Positions 54,755-62,742 of a DNA stretch of 64,000 nucleotides are shown in pieces; within the stretch, counting starts at the first letter, position 1, and the number at the start of each line of letters is the position of its first letter. Origin of the DNA: Elusimicrobia bacterium GWA2_62_23 (GTDB lineage Bacteria > Elusimicrobiota > Elusimicrobia > Elusimicrobiales > UBA9959); NCBI GenBank assembly GCA_001799635.1, contig MGTV01000038.1, positions 2,376 through 66,375 of the forward strand, written 5' to 3'. The notes under the pieces are model-generated. The model saw only the letters and a program-made list of their open reading frames with translations, did not search any database and was not told the origin of the DNA. Position numbers and translations under genes: made by a program.

Positions 54755-56095
54755 TTACGGCAGCTTGACTATGCCGTTCTTCTGGCGCACTTCCACGTCC
54801 TTGATGGCGCGTTTGATGAGGAACTCGGCGCTCGCGCGCAGCTCGCCCTCGGTGAGCTTCTTGCGGGCGATACCCTGCTCCATGGCCTTCATGCCCACCG
54901 CCACGGCCTCGTCGATATAAACCTCGGGCTCGTCCATGTGGGGGAGCAGGTAATCCTCGCTCATCTTGCCCTTCTTGACGACATAGTTGGCCAGCGCCTC
55001 GGCGGCGGCCACGCACATCTCGTCGGTGATGGTCTTGGCCTGCACGTCCAGGGCGCCGCGGAAGATGCCGGGGAAACCCAGGGAATTGTTCACCTGGTTG
55101 GGGAAGTCCGAGCGGCCGGTGCCCACCACTTTCGCGCCGGCCTCTTTGGCGTCCCAGGGCCACATCTCGGGGATGGGGTTGGCGGTCAGGAAGCAGATGG
55201 CGTCCTTGGCCATGGTGGCGACCCATTCCTTCTTGATGATGTCGGGGCCGGGGGTGGAGGCGGCGCTCAGCACGTCGGCGCCCTTCAGCGCGTCCTCGAG
55301 CTTGCCCACTATCTGCTTGCCGTTGGTGATCTGGCACATATGCCATTTCTCCCGGTGGTTCTGCAGGTCCGTGCGGCCCTTGTGCAGGGTGCCCTTGGAA
55401 TCCACGTAAACCAGGTTCTCGGGCTTGGCGCCGTAGTGCATATAGAGCGTGCCGATGCGGATATTGGCCGCGCCCGCGCCGAAGAGAACTATCTTCACGT
55501 CCTTGATGTCCTTTTTCACTATCTTCAGAGCGTTAATGAGGCCCGCGAGGCAGACCGTGGCCGTGCCCTGCTGGTCGTCGTGCCAGACCGGGATGGTCAT
55601 GGTGCGGCGCAGCTCGTCGAGGATGTCGAAGCACTTGGGCTGGGCGATATCTTCGAGGTTGATGCCGCCGAAGGAGGGGGCGAGGTACTGCACGGTCTTT
55701 ATTATTTCCTGCGGGTCCTTGGTGTTGAGGCAGATGGGGAAGGCGTCCACGCCGCCGAGGTACTTGAAGATGAGGCCCTTGCCCTCCATGACGGGCAGGC
55801 CGGCCTCCGGGCCGATGTCGCCCAGGCCCAGCACGCGGGTGCCGTCCGAGACCACGGCCACCATGTTGCCCTTGTTGGTATGCTCATAAACCTGCTCCGG
55901 GCGGGCCTGGATGTCCTTGCAGACCGCGGCCACCCCGGGGGTGTACCAGATGGCGAAATCGTTGATGTCGCGGATGCAGCATTTGGGGGAGACTTCCACC
56001 TTGCCCTTGTAGAAAGGGTGCAGTTTCATCGCGTCTTCGGCCGGTTTATTGGCCTTTTTCAGCAGTTCTTCCTTGGAAACTTTCACGTTTGACAT
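54755..56095 (-). CDS. NAD(P)-dependent malic enzyme (short form)
   Basis: 446 aa: LHPFYKGKVEV, YTPGVAAVC, VVSDGTRVLGLGDIG, LFGAGAAN. Confidence 0.88.
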   Translation of the reverse strand: MSNVKVSKEELLKKANKPAEDAMKLHPFYKGKVEVSPKCCIRDINDFAIWYTPGVAAVCKDIQARPEQVYEHTNKGNMVAVVSDGTRVLGLGDIGPEAGLPVMEGKGLIFKYLGGVDAFPICLNTKDPQEIIKTVQYLAPSFGGINLEDIAQPKCFDILDELRRTMTIPVWHDDQQGTATVCLAGLINALKIVKKDIKDVKIVLFGAGAANIRIGTLYMHYGAKPENLVYVDSKGTLHKGRTDLQNHREKWHMCQITNGKQIVGKLEDALKGADVLSAASTPGPDIIKKEWVATMAKDAICFLTANPIPEMWPWDAKEAGAKVVGTGRSDFPNQVNNSLGFPGIFRGALDVQAKTITDEMCVAAAEALANYVVKKGKMSEDYLLPHMDEPEVYIDEAVAVGMKAMEQGIARKKLTEGELRASAEFLIKRAIKDVEVRQKNGIVKLP

Positions 56096-56154
56096 TTGAG
56101 ACCCCTTTGACCCGAAAATCGCCGGACTTCATTGAGAATTGTAGTAAACAAAAT

Positions 56155-56183
56155 TTGTCTTTACAATAACTTTTTGGTATACT
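56155..56183 (+). promoter_or_regulatory. sigma70-type promoter upstream of tRNA-Met (TTGTCT - 17 nt - TATACT)
   Basis: TTGTCT at 56155-56160, a 17-nt spacer, and TATACT at 56178-56183, within an AT-rich divergent region. Confidence 0.5.
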
Positions 56184-56246
56184 TTTTTCTGTTCACCCGA
56201 AGGCTTTACGCCCCCGGTGATGAAACCTGCCCGCCATGGATTTTAC

Positions 56247-56319
56247 GGCACCGTAGCTCAGGGGTTAGAGCGGGCGTTTCATAAGCGCTAGGTCGGAGGT
56301 TCGAGACCTCCCGGTGCCA
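56247..56319 (+). tRNA. tRNA-Met (anticodon CAT; elongator-type G1-C72), 73 nt, no encoded CCA
   Basis: GGCACCGTAGCTCAGGGGTTAGAGCGGGCGTTTCATAAGCGCTAGGTCGGAGGTTCGAGACCTCCCGGTGCCA. Anticodon loop TTCATAA. A lysidine-modified tRNA-Ile2 cannot be excluded. Confidence 0.88.
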
Positions 56320-56336
56320 CTAATTTAAGACGCAGG

Positions 56337-56383
56337 CCCTGTCCCGCAAGACAGCAGTGCAGCAGCGGGACGGGGTTTTGTTT
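56337..56383 (+). terminator. rho-independent terminator after tRNA-Met
   Basis: CCCTGTCCCGC ... GCGGGACGGGG stem (one G-T pair) followed by TTTTGTTT. Confidence 0.7.
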
Positions 56384-56396
56384 AAACGGGGGACGC

Positions 56397-56867
56397 ATGA
56401 CAGAGACTTATCTCACCAAAGACGGCTTTGAAAAGCTCCAGGCGGAGCTTGCCGAGCTGAAAAAGCAGAAAAACGACCTTTCCGTGGAGATCAACGACGC
56501 CCGCGAGCAGGGCGATTTGAAAGAGAACGCAGGCTACATCTACGGCAAGCAGAAGCAGAACGTCCTGATGAACCGCATCAGCGAGCTGGAGCTGCGCCTG
56601 CGCTCGGCCAAGATCGTGGACAACCTGGCCGTCAACAAGGACCAGATCAGCCTCGGCGCCACCGTCACCATGAAGGACAGGAACACGGGCAACACCCTGA
56701 CCTACACCCTCTCCAGCGCGGACGAGGCGAACCCCTCCGAAGGCCGCATCTCGGTAAGCTCCCCGCTCGCCCAGGGCCTGCTCGGCGCCTCCACCGGCGC
56801 CTCCGTCAAGGTGACGCTGCCCAGCGGGGAAAAGCACCTGGACATCCTCAAGGTTGAGTACAAGTAA
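56397..56867 (+). CDS. greA: transcription elongation factor GreA
   Basis: 156 aa: LTKDGFEKLQAELAELK...AREQGDLKENAGY. Confidence 0.9.
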   Translation: MTETYLTKDGFEKLQAELAELKKQKNDLSVEINDAREQGDLKENAGYIYGKQKQNVLMNRISELELRLRSAKIVDNLAVNKDQISLGATVTMKDRNTGNTLTYTLSSADEANPSEGRISVSSPLAQGLLGASTGASVKVTLPSGEKHLDILKVEYK

Positions 56868-56878
56868 GTCTTTTTTGT

Positions 56879-56884
56879 TATAAT
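56879..56884 (+). promoter_or_regulatory. -10 box (TATAAT) upstream of the GspE/PilB-like gene
   Basis: ttttgtTATAATttt at 56879-56884. An AGGAG RBS follows before ATG 56938. The -35 is unclear (TTGAGT at 19 nt). Confidence 0.4.
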
Positions 56885-56937
56885 TTTCCTGCACGCTGTT
56901 CGCGAATGTAAAGCGGCAAGAGGGTTAGGAGATTCTC

Positions 56938-58278
56938 ATGGCATTCTGGGGAAACAAGCAGGAAGGGGAGAGCGCCCAGCCCGGGCAGCAGGCCCCCACG
57001 CAGGTTACCGGCACGCTCGAGGACGGCTATAACGACATCGTAAAATCCAAGGGCCGCGCCCCCGGCATAGACCTCGCCATAAAGCTCAGCGACCTCATCC
57101 TCGAACACGCCGTGCACGAACGCGCCAGCGACGTTCACATAGAGTCCCAGGGCGCCAACCTGCGGGTCCGCTTCCGCGTGGACGGCATCCTGCAGGACAT
57201 GCTCAATTCCCCCAAGAACGCGGATATCCCGCTCACCCAGCGCATCCGCGTGCTGGCGGGCTTCGACCCCGAACCCCCGACGTCCTTCCGCAACGAGGAA
57301 GGCCGCTTCCAGAAGATGCTCTCCGGCCGCGCGATCCAGGTGCGCGTGTCCTCCTTCCCTACCGTCAACGGCGAGAAGCTGGTGCTGCGCGTGCTGGACC
57401 GCCAGCAGCTCGGCCTCGACATAGACCAGGTCGGCCTGGACCAGGACGCCCTGACCATCATAAAGAAGCTCATCCGCAACCCTTACGGCATTTTCTTCAT
57501 CACCGGCTCCACCGGCTCCGGCAAGACCACGTCGCTCTACGCGATGCTCAAGAACATCAATACCCCGATGATCAACATCATCACGCTGGAAGACCCCGTC
57601 GAATACCGCCTGGAGGGCATCAACCAGGCCCAGATCAGCGCCAAGACCGGCTTCACCTGGTCCGAAGGCCTGCGCACCATCCTGCGCCAGGACCCCGACG
57701 TCATCATGGTGGGCGAGATCCGCGACTACGACACCGCCGAGATCAGCCTGCGCTCGGCCCTCACCGGCCACCTGCTGTTCACCACCATCCACACCATCAA
57801 CGCCCCCAGCATCATCGAGCGCCTCTTCGAGATGGGCGTGCCGCCGTTCCTCATCGGCTCCTCCATGCTGGGCGCCATGAGCCAGCGGCTCGTGCGCAAG
57901 GTCTGCCCCAAGTGCTGCCAGGGCGCCGCCGCGCCGTCGGAACCCGTGGTCAACGAATTCATAAAGAACATGGACCCCGAGGAAGGGAAAGTGGTGAAGG
58001 ACCTCATCCTCGCCCCGGGCGCCAACTACAAGGTGGAGAAAGGCTGCCCCGAATGCCGCAGCACCGGCTACATGGGTCGAACCGGCATTTTCGAACTGAT
58101 GCTCATGAACGAGGAGATCCGCAAACACATCCTCGACCACGCCCCCACCGACGTGATCAAGCGCACGGCCATCAAGAGCGGCAAGATGCGCACGCTGCTC
58201 ATGGACGGCATCATGAAGGCCCGCACCGGCGTCACCACCCTCTCCGAGATCATCCGCGTCACCGCGACGATGGTGTGA
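56938..58278 (+). CDS. GspE/PilB-family secretion ATPase (short, no N-terminal MshEN/GSPII domains)
   Basis: 446 aa. Walker A GSTGSGKTTS, Asp box, Walker B DPDVIMVGEIRD, His box, tetracysteine CPKC...CPEC. Confidence 0.85.
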   Translation: MAFWGNKQEGESAQPGQQAPTQVTGTLEDGYNDIVKSKGRAPGIDLAIKLSDLILEHAVHERASDVHIESQGANLRVRFRVDGILQDMLNSPKNADIPLTQRIRVLAGFDPEPPTSFRNEEGRFQKMLSGRAIQVRVSSFPTVNGEKLVLRVLDRQQLGLDIDQVGLDQDALTIIKKLIRNPYGIFFITGSTGSGKTTSLYAMLKNINTPMINIITLEDPVEYRLEGINQAQISAKTGFTWSEGLRTILRQDPDVIMVGEIRDYDTAEISLRSALTGHLLFTTIHTINAPSIIERLFEMGVPPFLIGSSMLGAMSQRLVRKVCPKCCQGAAAPSEPVVNEFIKNMDPEEGKVVKDLILAPGANYKVEKGCPECRSTGYMGRTGIFELMLMNEEIRKHILDHAPTDVIKRTAIKSGKMRTLLMDGIMKARTGVTTLSEIIRVTATMV

Positions 58279-58287
58279 GGTTCCGGC

Positions 58288-58414
58288 CTTACGCGGACGG
58301 TGGGACATCAAAAACAGCGTCGCGCACACCGTGCGCGCGCTTCCGGCTCTCGGCCTCGGCGCTTACGTAAGCCTCGGCCTCCGAGGCGGTTTTGCTGCCC
58401 ACCGTCCGCGTAAG
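58288..58414 (-). repeat. structured intergenic repeat, family B copy 2 (17-bp closing stem)
   Basis: CTTACGCGGACGGTGGG (58288-58304) pairs perfectly with CCCACCGTCCGCGTAAG (58398-58414). The reverse-complemented core CGGAGGCCGAGGCTTACGTAAGCGCCGAGGCCGAG differs from the 39-kb copy at 3 of 35 positions. Two of those three differences are compensatory within the palindrome. Confidence 0.7.
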
Positions 58415-58429
58415 ACCTCCACGGGATCA

Positions 58430-59413
58430 ATGAAGACGATAATCATAAAATTCGGCGGCAGTTCCCTCTCCAACCCGGGGCGGATACGCCGCGCCGCCGC
58501 CATGGTGCTGCAGGAGCGCCGCCGGGGCCTGCGCCCGGTGGCCGTGGTTTCGGCCCCCGCCGATTCCACCGACGACCTGCTCAAACTGGCCGCGCTTGCC
58601 GGGGGGGAAAAGCGCTCCGCGCGCGAGACCGACGCCCTGCTGGCCGCCGGGGAACAGTTCAGCGCGGCCCTGATGGCCATGGCGCTGGAGGCCGAAGGCG
58701 CCCGGGCCGTTTCCCTGACCGGCGCGCAGGCGGGCATCCGCACAAACTCCTCTTTCGGCGCGGCCGAGGTGCTGCGGGCCGACGTCCGCCGCCTGCGCCG
58801 CGAACTGGCCGCGGGCCGCATCCCGGTGGTGGCCGGCTTCCAGGGCGTTTCGGCGGCCGGTGATACCACCACTTTGGGCCGGGGCGGTTCTGACCTGACG
58901 GCGGTGGTGCTGGCCGGGGCCCTGCGCTCGGAGCTCTGCGAATTCAGGACCGACGTTAAGGGCGTCTATACCGCCCATCCCGCCATAGTTCCGGACGCCC
59001 GCAAACTAGAACAGATCTCCTACGCCGGGCTCATCGCCCTGGCCGAGCTGGGCGCGGAGGTGCGCCAGCTCCGGGCCGTTAAATACGCCGCCAAGCGCGG
59101 CATCCGGCTGCACCTGCGGTCTTCTTTCCACGACGAGCCCGGCACGCTGGTGACCGCCGGCGCGCCGGCCGGCCCGTCCTGTCTTTCCCTGAAGCGAGCC
59201 GGAGGGAACGCCCTGGTCTCGCTCGTAGGTTCGGGGCTTTCCCGCGAACTTCAGGCCGAAGCCCTGGCCGCCGCCAAAGCCGCCGGCCTGCGCGCAAGCG
59301 CGGCCGGCCGCGGAGCCCGGTACCTGACCCTTAAGACACCGGCCGGCAGCGGGGAAAGCCTCCTGCGCGCCCTGCATGAACTTTTCTTTTCCGGACAAGG
59401 CGCTCATCATTGA
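58430..59413 (+). CDS. aspartate kinase-like amino-acid kinase (short regulatory tail)
   Basis: Taken from ATG 58430: MKTIIIKFGGSSL, ...VVSAPADSTDDLL, TTLGRGGSDLTA. The 5-prime part of ORF 58331.. covers the repeat element. Confidence 0.8.
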   Translation: MKTIIIKFGGSSLSNPGRIRRAAAMVLQERRRGLRPVAVVSAPADSTDDLLKLAALAGGEKRSARETDALLAAGEQFSAALMAMALEAEGARAVSLTGAQAGIRTNSSFGAAEVLRADVRRLRRELAAGRIPVVAGFQGVSAAGDTTTLGRGGSDLTAVVLAGALRSELCEFRTDVKGVYTAHPAIVPDARKLEQISYAGLIALAELGAEVRQLRAVKYAAKRGIRLHLRSSFHDEPGTLVTAGAPAGPSCLSLKRAGGNALVSLVGSGLSRELQAEALAAAKAAGLRASAAGRGARYLTLKTPAGSGESLLRALHELFFSGQGAHH

Positions 59414-59446
59414 CTTTCCCCGGGGGAAAGGATTAGAATTCAGATA

Positions 59447-59683
59447 ATGGCAAACATAATACGCGCTATTTTCGCTCTGTTCTGGGTGGCGGCGGTCTCC
59501 TTCATAGGCTACCTCGCCTTCATCATGGTACAGACCGAGACCGACCCGCAGATGCTCTGGGGCTGGCTGGTAATGTGCGCCTTCACTTTCGTTTCGGCCA
59601 CTTTCCTCGCCTATAACATAGTCTTCGGCCACCACCACAAGGCCGACGTCCCGCACCACCACTCGCACCTGCAGAACTCCTGA
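59447..59683 (+). CDS. small two-TM membrane protein with His-rich C-terminus
   Basis: 78 aa with two hydrophobic helices and the tail GHHHKADVPHHHSHLQNS. ATGA overlap with the downstream amidohydrolase. Confidence 0.55.
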   Translation: MANIIRAIFALFWVAAVSFIGYLAFIMVQTETDPQMLWGWLVMCAFTFVSATFLAYNIVFGHHHKADVPHHHSHLQNS

Positions 59684-61071
59684 TGACCGCGGACCTGCTG
59701 ATAAAAGGGGGGACCGTGGTCTCCGGACGCGGCTGCGCGCGCCGGGACGTTTTCGTCTCCGGCGGAAAGATCTCGGACGTGAGGACACCCGCCGCCGGCT
59801 CCTCCGCCCGCCGGGTCATAGACGCCCGCGGCCTGCTGGTGCTGCCCGGGATCATAGACGCGCACTCTCATTTCCGCCTGAAACTGGGGCCCGGCAAGTA
59901 CACCTCCGACGACTTCACCTCAGGCTCCGCGGCGGCGGTCTGCGGCGGCGTCACCACCTTCCTGGATTATACCGGCCAGGGCCCCGGTGAAAGCCCGGCG
60001 GACGGCCTGAAAGCCCGGATAGCGGAAGCTTCCGGCCGCTGCTACGCGGATTTCTCATTCCACTGCATGCTGACCGGCTGGAGCCGGATGCGCTCGCCCG
60101 AAGCGGCCATGGCGGCCGCGGTACGGGCCGGCGCCACCACCTTCAAGATGTTCACGGCCTACGGGGCCCGCGGCCTGATGGCGGCCGACCAGGACCTGCG
60201 CGAAGCTTTCGCCGCCGCCCGCCGCCTTGGGGCGCTGATCTGCGTGCACGCCGAGAACGGCCCGGCCATAGACTTCCTCGCCGATATTTTAGCCCCAGCC
60301 GCCGGCATAATGGCCCTGCCCCTCTCCCGCCCGCCTTTCACCGAGACGCAGGCGGTAGGCCGGACGGCCCAATTGGCCGCCGAGGCGGGCGCCCCGGTCT
60401 ACTTCGTGCACCTCTCGGCGGCCGGCTCTGCGGCGCTGGTGGGCGCGGCTCGCGCCGCCGGGGCCAAAGTGCTGGGCGAGACCTGCCCCCAGTACCTGGC
60501 GCTCGACGAGAGCCTTTTCAAAAAGCGCCGCGGGCACCTGTATTCCTGCTGCCCGCCGATACGCGCCAAAGAGGACAACAGGGAACTCTGGAAGGCGCTC
60601 GCCAAGGGGCGGCTGCAGGTGATCGCCACGGACAATTGCACCTTTACCGGCGCCCAGAAGGACGGCTGGAAAGGCGACGTGCGCCGGCTGCCCATGGGCC
60701 TGCCCGGCTCGCAGACCCTGCTGGCCGCGGCCTATACTTACGGGGTCAAGGCCGGGAAACTGACGCTGCCAGGGCTGGTCAGGGCGCTCTGCGAGAACCC
60801 GGCCAGGATCATGGGCCTCTCCTCCAAGGGCTTCATAAAGGCAGGCTTCGACGGAGATTTCGCGCTGCTGGACCCCTCGTGCGCGGTGAAGGCGGACTGG
60901 CGCAGGTTCCAGCACAAGACAGATTACTCGCCGTGGCAGGGCAGGGAACTTTACGGCTTTCCCAGGTACACCGTGCTCAGGGGCGAGGTCATAGCCCAGG
61001 CGGGCGAGCTCACCGCTCCCCGCAAGCGCGGCGGCCGCTTCCTGCGGCGCGCCCTCCCTGAAATAATTTAA
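59683..61071 (+). CDS. dihydropyrimidinase / D-hydantoinase-family cyclic amidohydrolase
   Basis: 462 aa: PGIIDAHSHF, TTFKMFTAY (carbamyl-Lys context), VHAENG, ETCPQYL, CCPPIR, ATDNCTF. Confidence 0.8.
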   Translation: MTADLLIKGGTVVSGRGCARRDVFVSGGKISDVRTPAAGSSARRVIDARGLLVLPGIIDAHSHFRLKLGPGKYTSDDFTSGSAAAVCGGVTTFLDYTGQGPGESPADGLKARIAEASGRCYADFSFHCMLTGWSRMRSPEAAMAAAVRAGATTFKMFTAYGARGLMAADQDLREAFAAARRLGALICVHAENGPAIDFLADILAPAAGIMALPLSRPPFTETQAVGRTAQLAAEAGAPVYFVHLSAAGSAALVGAARAAGAKVLGETCPQYLALDESLFKKRRGHLYSCCPPIRAKEDNRELWKALAKGRLQVIATDNCTFTGAQKDGWKGDVRRLPMGLPGSQTLLAAAYTYGVKAGKLTLPGLVRALCENPARIMGLSSKGFIKAGFDGDFALLDPSCAVKADWRRFQHKTDYSPWQGRELYGFPRYTVLRGEVIAQAGELTAPRKRGGRFLRRALPEII

Positions 61072-61073
61072 TT

Positions 61074-61155
61074 GGGGTCAGGTCTTGATTTTTAGCATCC
61101 TGTGCATCTTAACAGGTGGGAATCAGGCAGATGCTAAAAATCAAGACCTGACCCC
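61074..61155. repeat. 82-bp element with 26-bp perfect terminal inverted repeats (MITE-like or bidirectional terminator)
   Basis: GGGGTCAGGTCTTGATTTTTAGCATC (61074-61099) and GATGCTAAAAATCAAGACCTGACCCC (61130-61155), with a 30-nt loop. It is AT-rich relative to its surroundings. The right arm encodes the last four codons and the stop codon of ribF. Confidence 0.75.
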
Positions 61156-62034
61156 GAAATACCGCCTGGCGGCGGCTATGTCCGAGCGGATATGGCCGAC
61201 CAGGGCCTCTTTCGACGAGAACTTGCGCTCGGGCCTGAGATGCCGGAGGAAAGTCACCGTCAGTTCCTTTCCGTAGATCATCCGCGAAAAATCCAGCAGG
61301 TGCGCTTCCAGTATCAGGCGGCCGCCCAGGGTGTTCACCGTGGGCCGGCGGCCCACGCTGAGCACGGCGTCGAACGAGTCGTGCCCCACCTTTACCCGCG
61401 CGGCGAAGATGCCCGGCGGCAGGATCTTGGCCGGGTGCGCGCCTATGTTGGCGGTAGGAAAGCCCAGCTTGCGCCCCAGGCCGGCGCCCTTGATGACCGG
61501 GCCGCTCACGCTGTAGTCCCAGCCCAGGCATTTATTGGCCTCTTCCACCCTGCCCTCGCGCAAGTGGGCGCGGATGAGGCTGGAGGAGATCCTGTGGCCG
61601 CCCCTGGTGGCAAAAGGCACGGCCTTAAAGGCTATACCGGACTCCCGGCTGGCGGCCCGCAGGAACGCCAGATGGCCCTCCCGGCCCCGCCCGACGGCGA
61701 AATCCGGCCCCACGCAGAGCCCGGCAGCGCGGAAGCGCTCCAGCACCACCCGCGAGAAGAAGTCTGCGGCCGGCATGTCGGCCACGGTTCTATTGAAGAC
61801 CAGCGGGGATATCTCGTCGGGGCGCAGGGCCGCCATCAACGCGTCGCGTTCCTCGGGGAGGGTTATGAGGCAGTTCTCCAGCTCTCCGGAGAAGAAGAAT
61901 TTTGGGGGAAAGGGGAAATAGACCACCTGGCTCCTCAGGCCGCGCCGCAGGGCTTCGCGCACGGCGGTCTTTATAAGCTTTTGGTGGCCCCGGTGGACCC
62001 CGTCGTAAGTACCGATAGCCAGGAAATTAAGCAT
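61141..62034 (-). CDS. ribF: bifunctional riboflavin kinase / FAD synthetase
   Basis: 297 aa: AIGTYDGVHRGHQ, ...GFPTANI..., GRRPT. Confidence 0.9.
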   Translation of the reverse strand: MLNFLAIGTYDGVHRGHQKLIKTAVREALRRGLRSQVVYFPFPPKFFFSGELENCLITLPEERDALMAALRPDEISPLVFNRTVADMPAADFFSRVVLERFRAAGLCVGPDFAVGRGREGHLAFLRAASRESGIAFKAVPFATRGGHRISSSLIRAHLREGRVEEANKCLGWDYSVSGPVIKGAGLGRKLGFPTANIGAHPAKILPPGIFAARVKVGHDSFDAVLSVGRRPTVNTLGGRLILEAHLLDFSRMIYGKELTVTFLRHLRPERKFSSKEALVGHIRSDIAAARRYFGVRS

Positions 62035-62740
62035 GGCCCGCCTCCGGCACCGGGCGCAGGGCCGCGGCGGCCTGCTCCGGCGTCATAGCCGCCAGGGCCG
62101 CGGCGGTAACGGCGCCCTCCACGCTCCACCGGCCTATGGAAAGGCGGCGCAGGGCAGTGAGGTGCGCCCGGGACCCCAGGAAGCGGCCCATTTCGCAGGC
62201 GATGGACCGCACGTAAGTGCCGCCGGAACATTCCAGTTTGAAATCCAGTTCCGGCGGCCGGGGCGTCCAGGAAAGCCAGCGCACCTCGGCTTCCCTCTTT
62301 ACCTCCGGCATTACCGCGTTCTTGCGGGCCAGCTTGTACATGGGTTTGCCCTGCAGGCGCACGGCGGAATAGGCGGGGACCGTCTGGATGATCCTGCCGC
62401 TGAAGGCCTTGACGGCCGCCGCGAGCGAAGTCTCGTCGAGAGGCGGGGGAAGGGCTTCGGCCACCACCTTGCCTTCCGCGTCCCAGGTATCCGTTTCGCT
62501 GCCGAAAAGTATGGTGCCGCCGTAAACCTTGGCCGACCCCTGCAGGGCTGACTGGGAGGAAGTGGCCGTCCCTACCAGCAGGATCAGGAGGCCCGTGGCC
62601 ATGGGGTCCAGCGTACCGCTGTGGCCGATACGGCGCATTGAAAGTTTGCGGCGCAGCAGGTCGACCGCGTCGTGGGAGGTGATGCCTTTTGGCTTGTCGA
62701 AGAGGAAAAGACCCGCGGGAGGGGCCGGGGGCTGGTTCAT
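62027..62740 (-). CDS. truB: tRNA pseudouridine(55) synthase
   Basis: 237 aa: LFDKPKGITSHD, GHSGTLDPMATGLL. Confidence 0.9.
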   Translation of the reverse strand: MNQPPAPPAGLFLFDKPKGITSHDAVDLLRRKLSMRRIGHSGTLDPMATGLLILLVGTATSSQSALQGSAKVYGGTILFGSETDTWDAEGKVVAEALPPPLDETSLAAAVKAFSGRIIQTVPAYSAVRLQGKPMYKLARKNAVMPEVKREAEVRWLSWTPRPPELDFKLECSGGTYVRSIACEMGRFLGSRAHLTALRRLSIGRWSVEGAVTAAALAAMTPEQAAAALRPVPEAGHA

Positions 62741-62742
62741 GG

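Noticed and set aside
26088-58414. Could the repeated intergenic elements be a CRISPR array or integron attC sites?
   Set aside because: The copies are tens of kb apart, in both orientations, not regularly spaced, with no spacers, cas genes or integrase. The closing stems differ between copies, unlike CRISPR repeats.
58288-58414. Lysine (L-box) riboswitch upstream of the aspartokinase gene
   Set aside because: I could not find the conserved L-box features. The element is homologous to the copy upstream of an unrelated gene at 39 kb, so it is a dispersed repeat rather than a lysine-specific leader.
59414-59430. Palindrome CTTTCCCC-G-GGGGAAAG right after the aspartokinase stop as a terminator
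   Set aside because: A 1-nt loop is sterically impossible for an RNA hairpin of that full length, and there is no T-run. At best it is a weak structure or a protein-binding palindrome.
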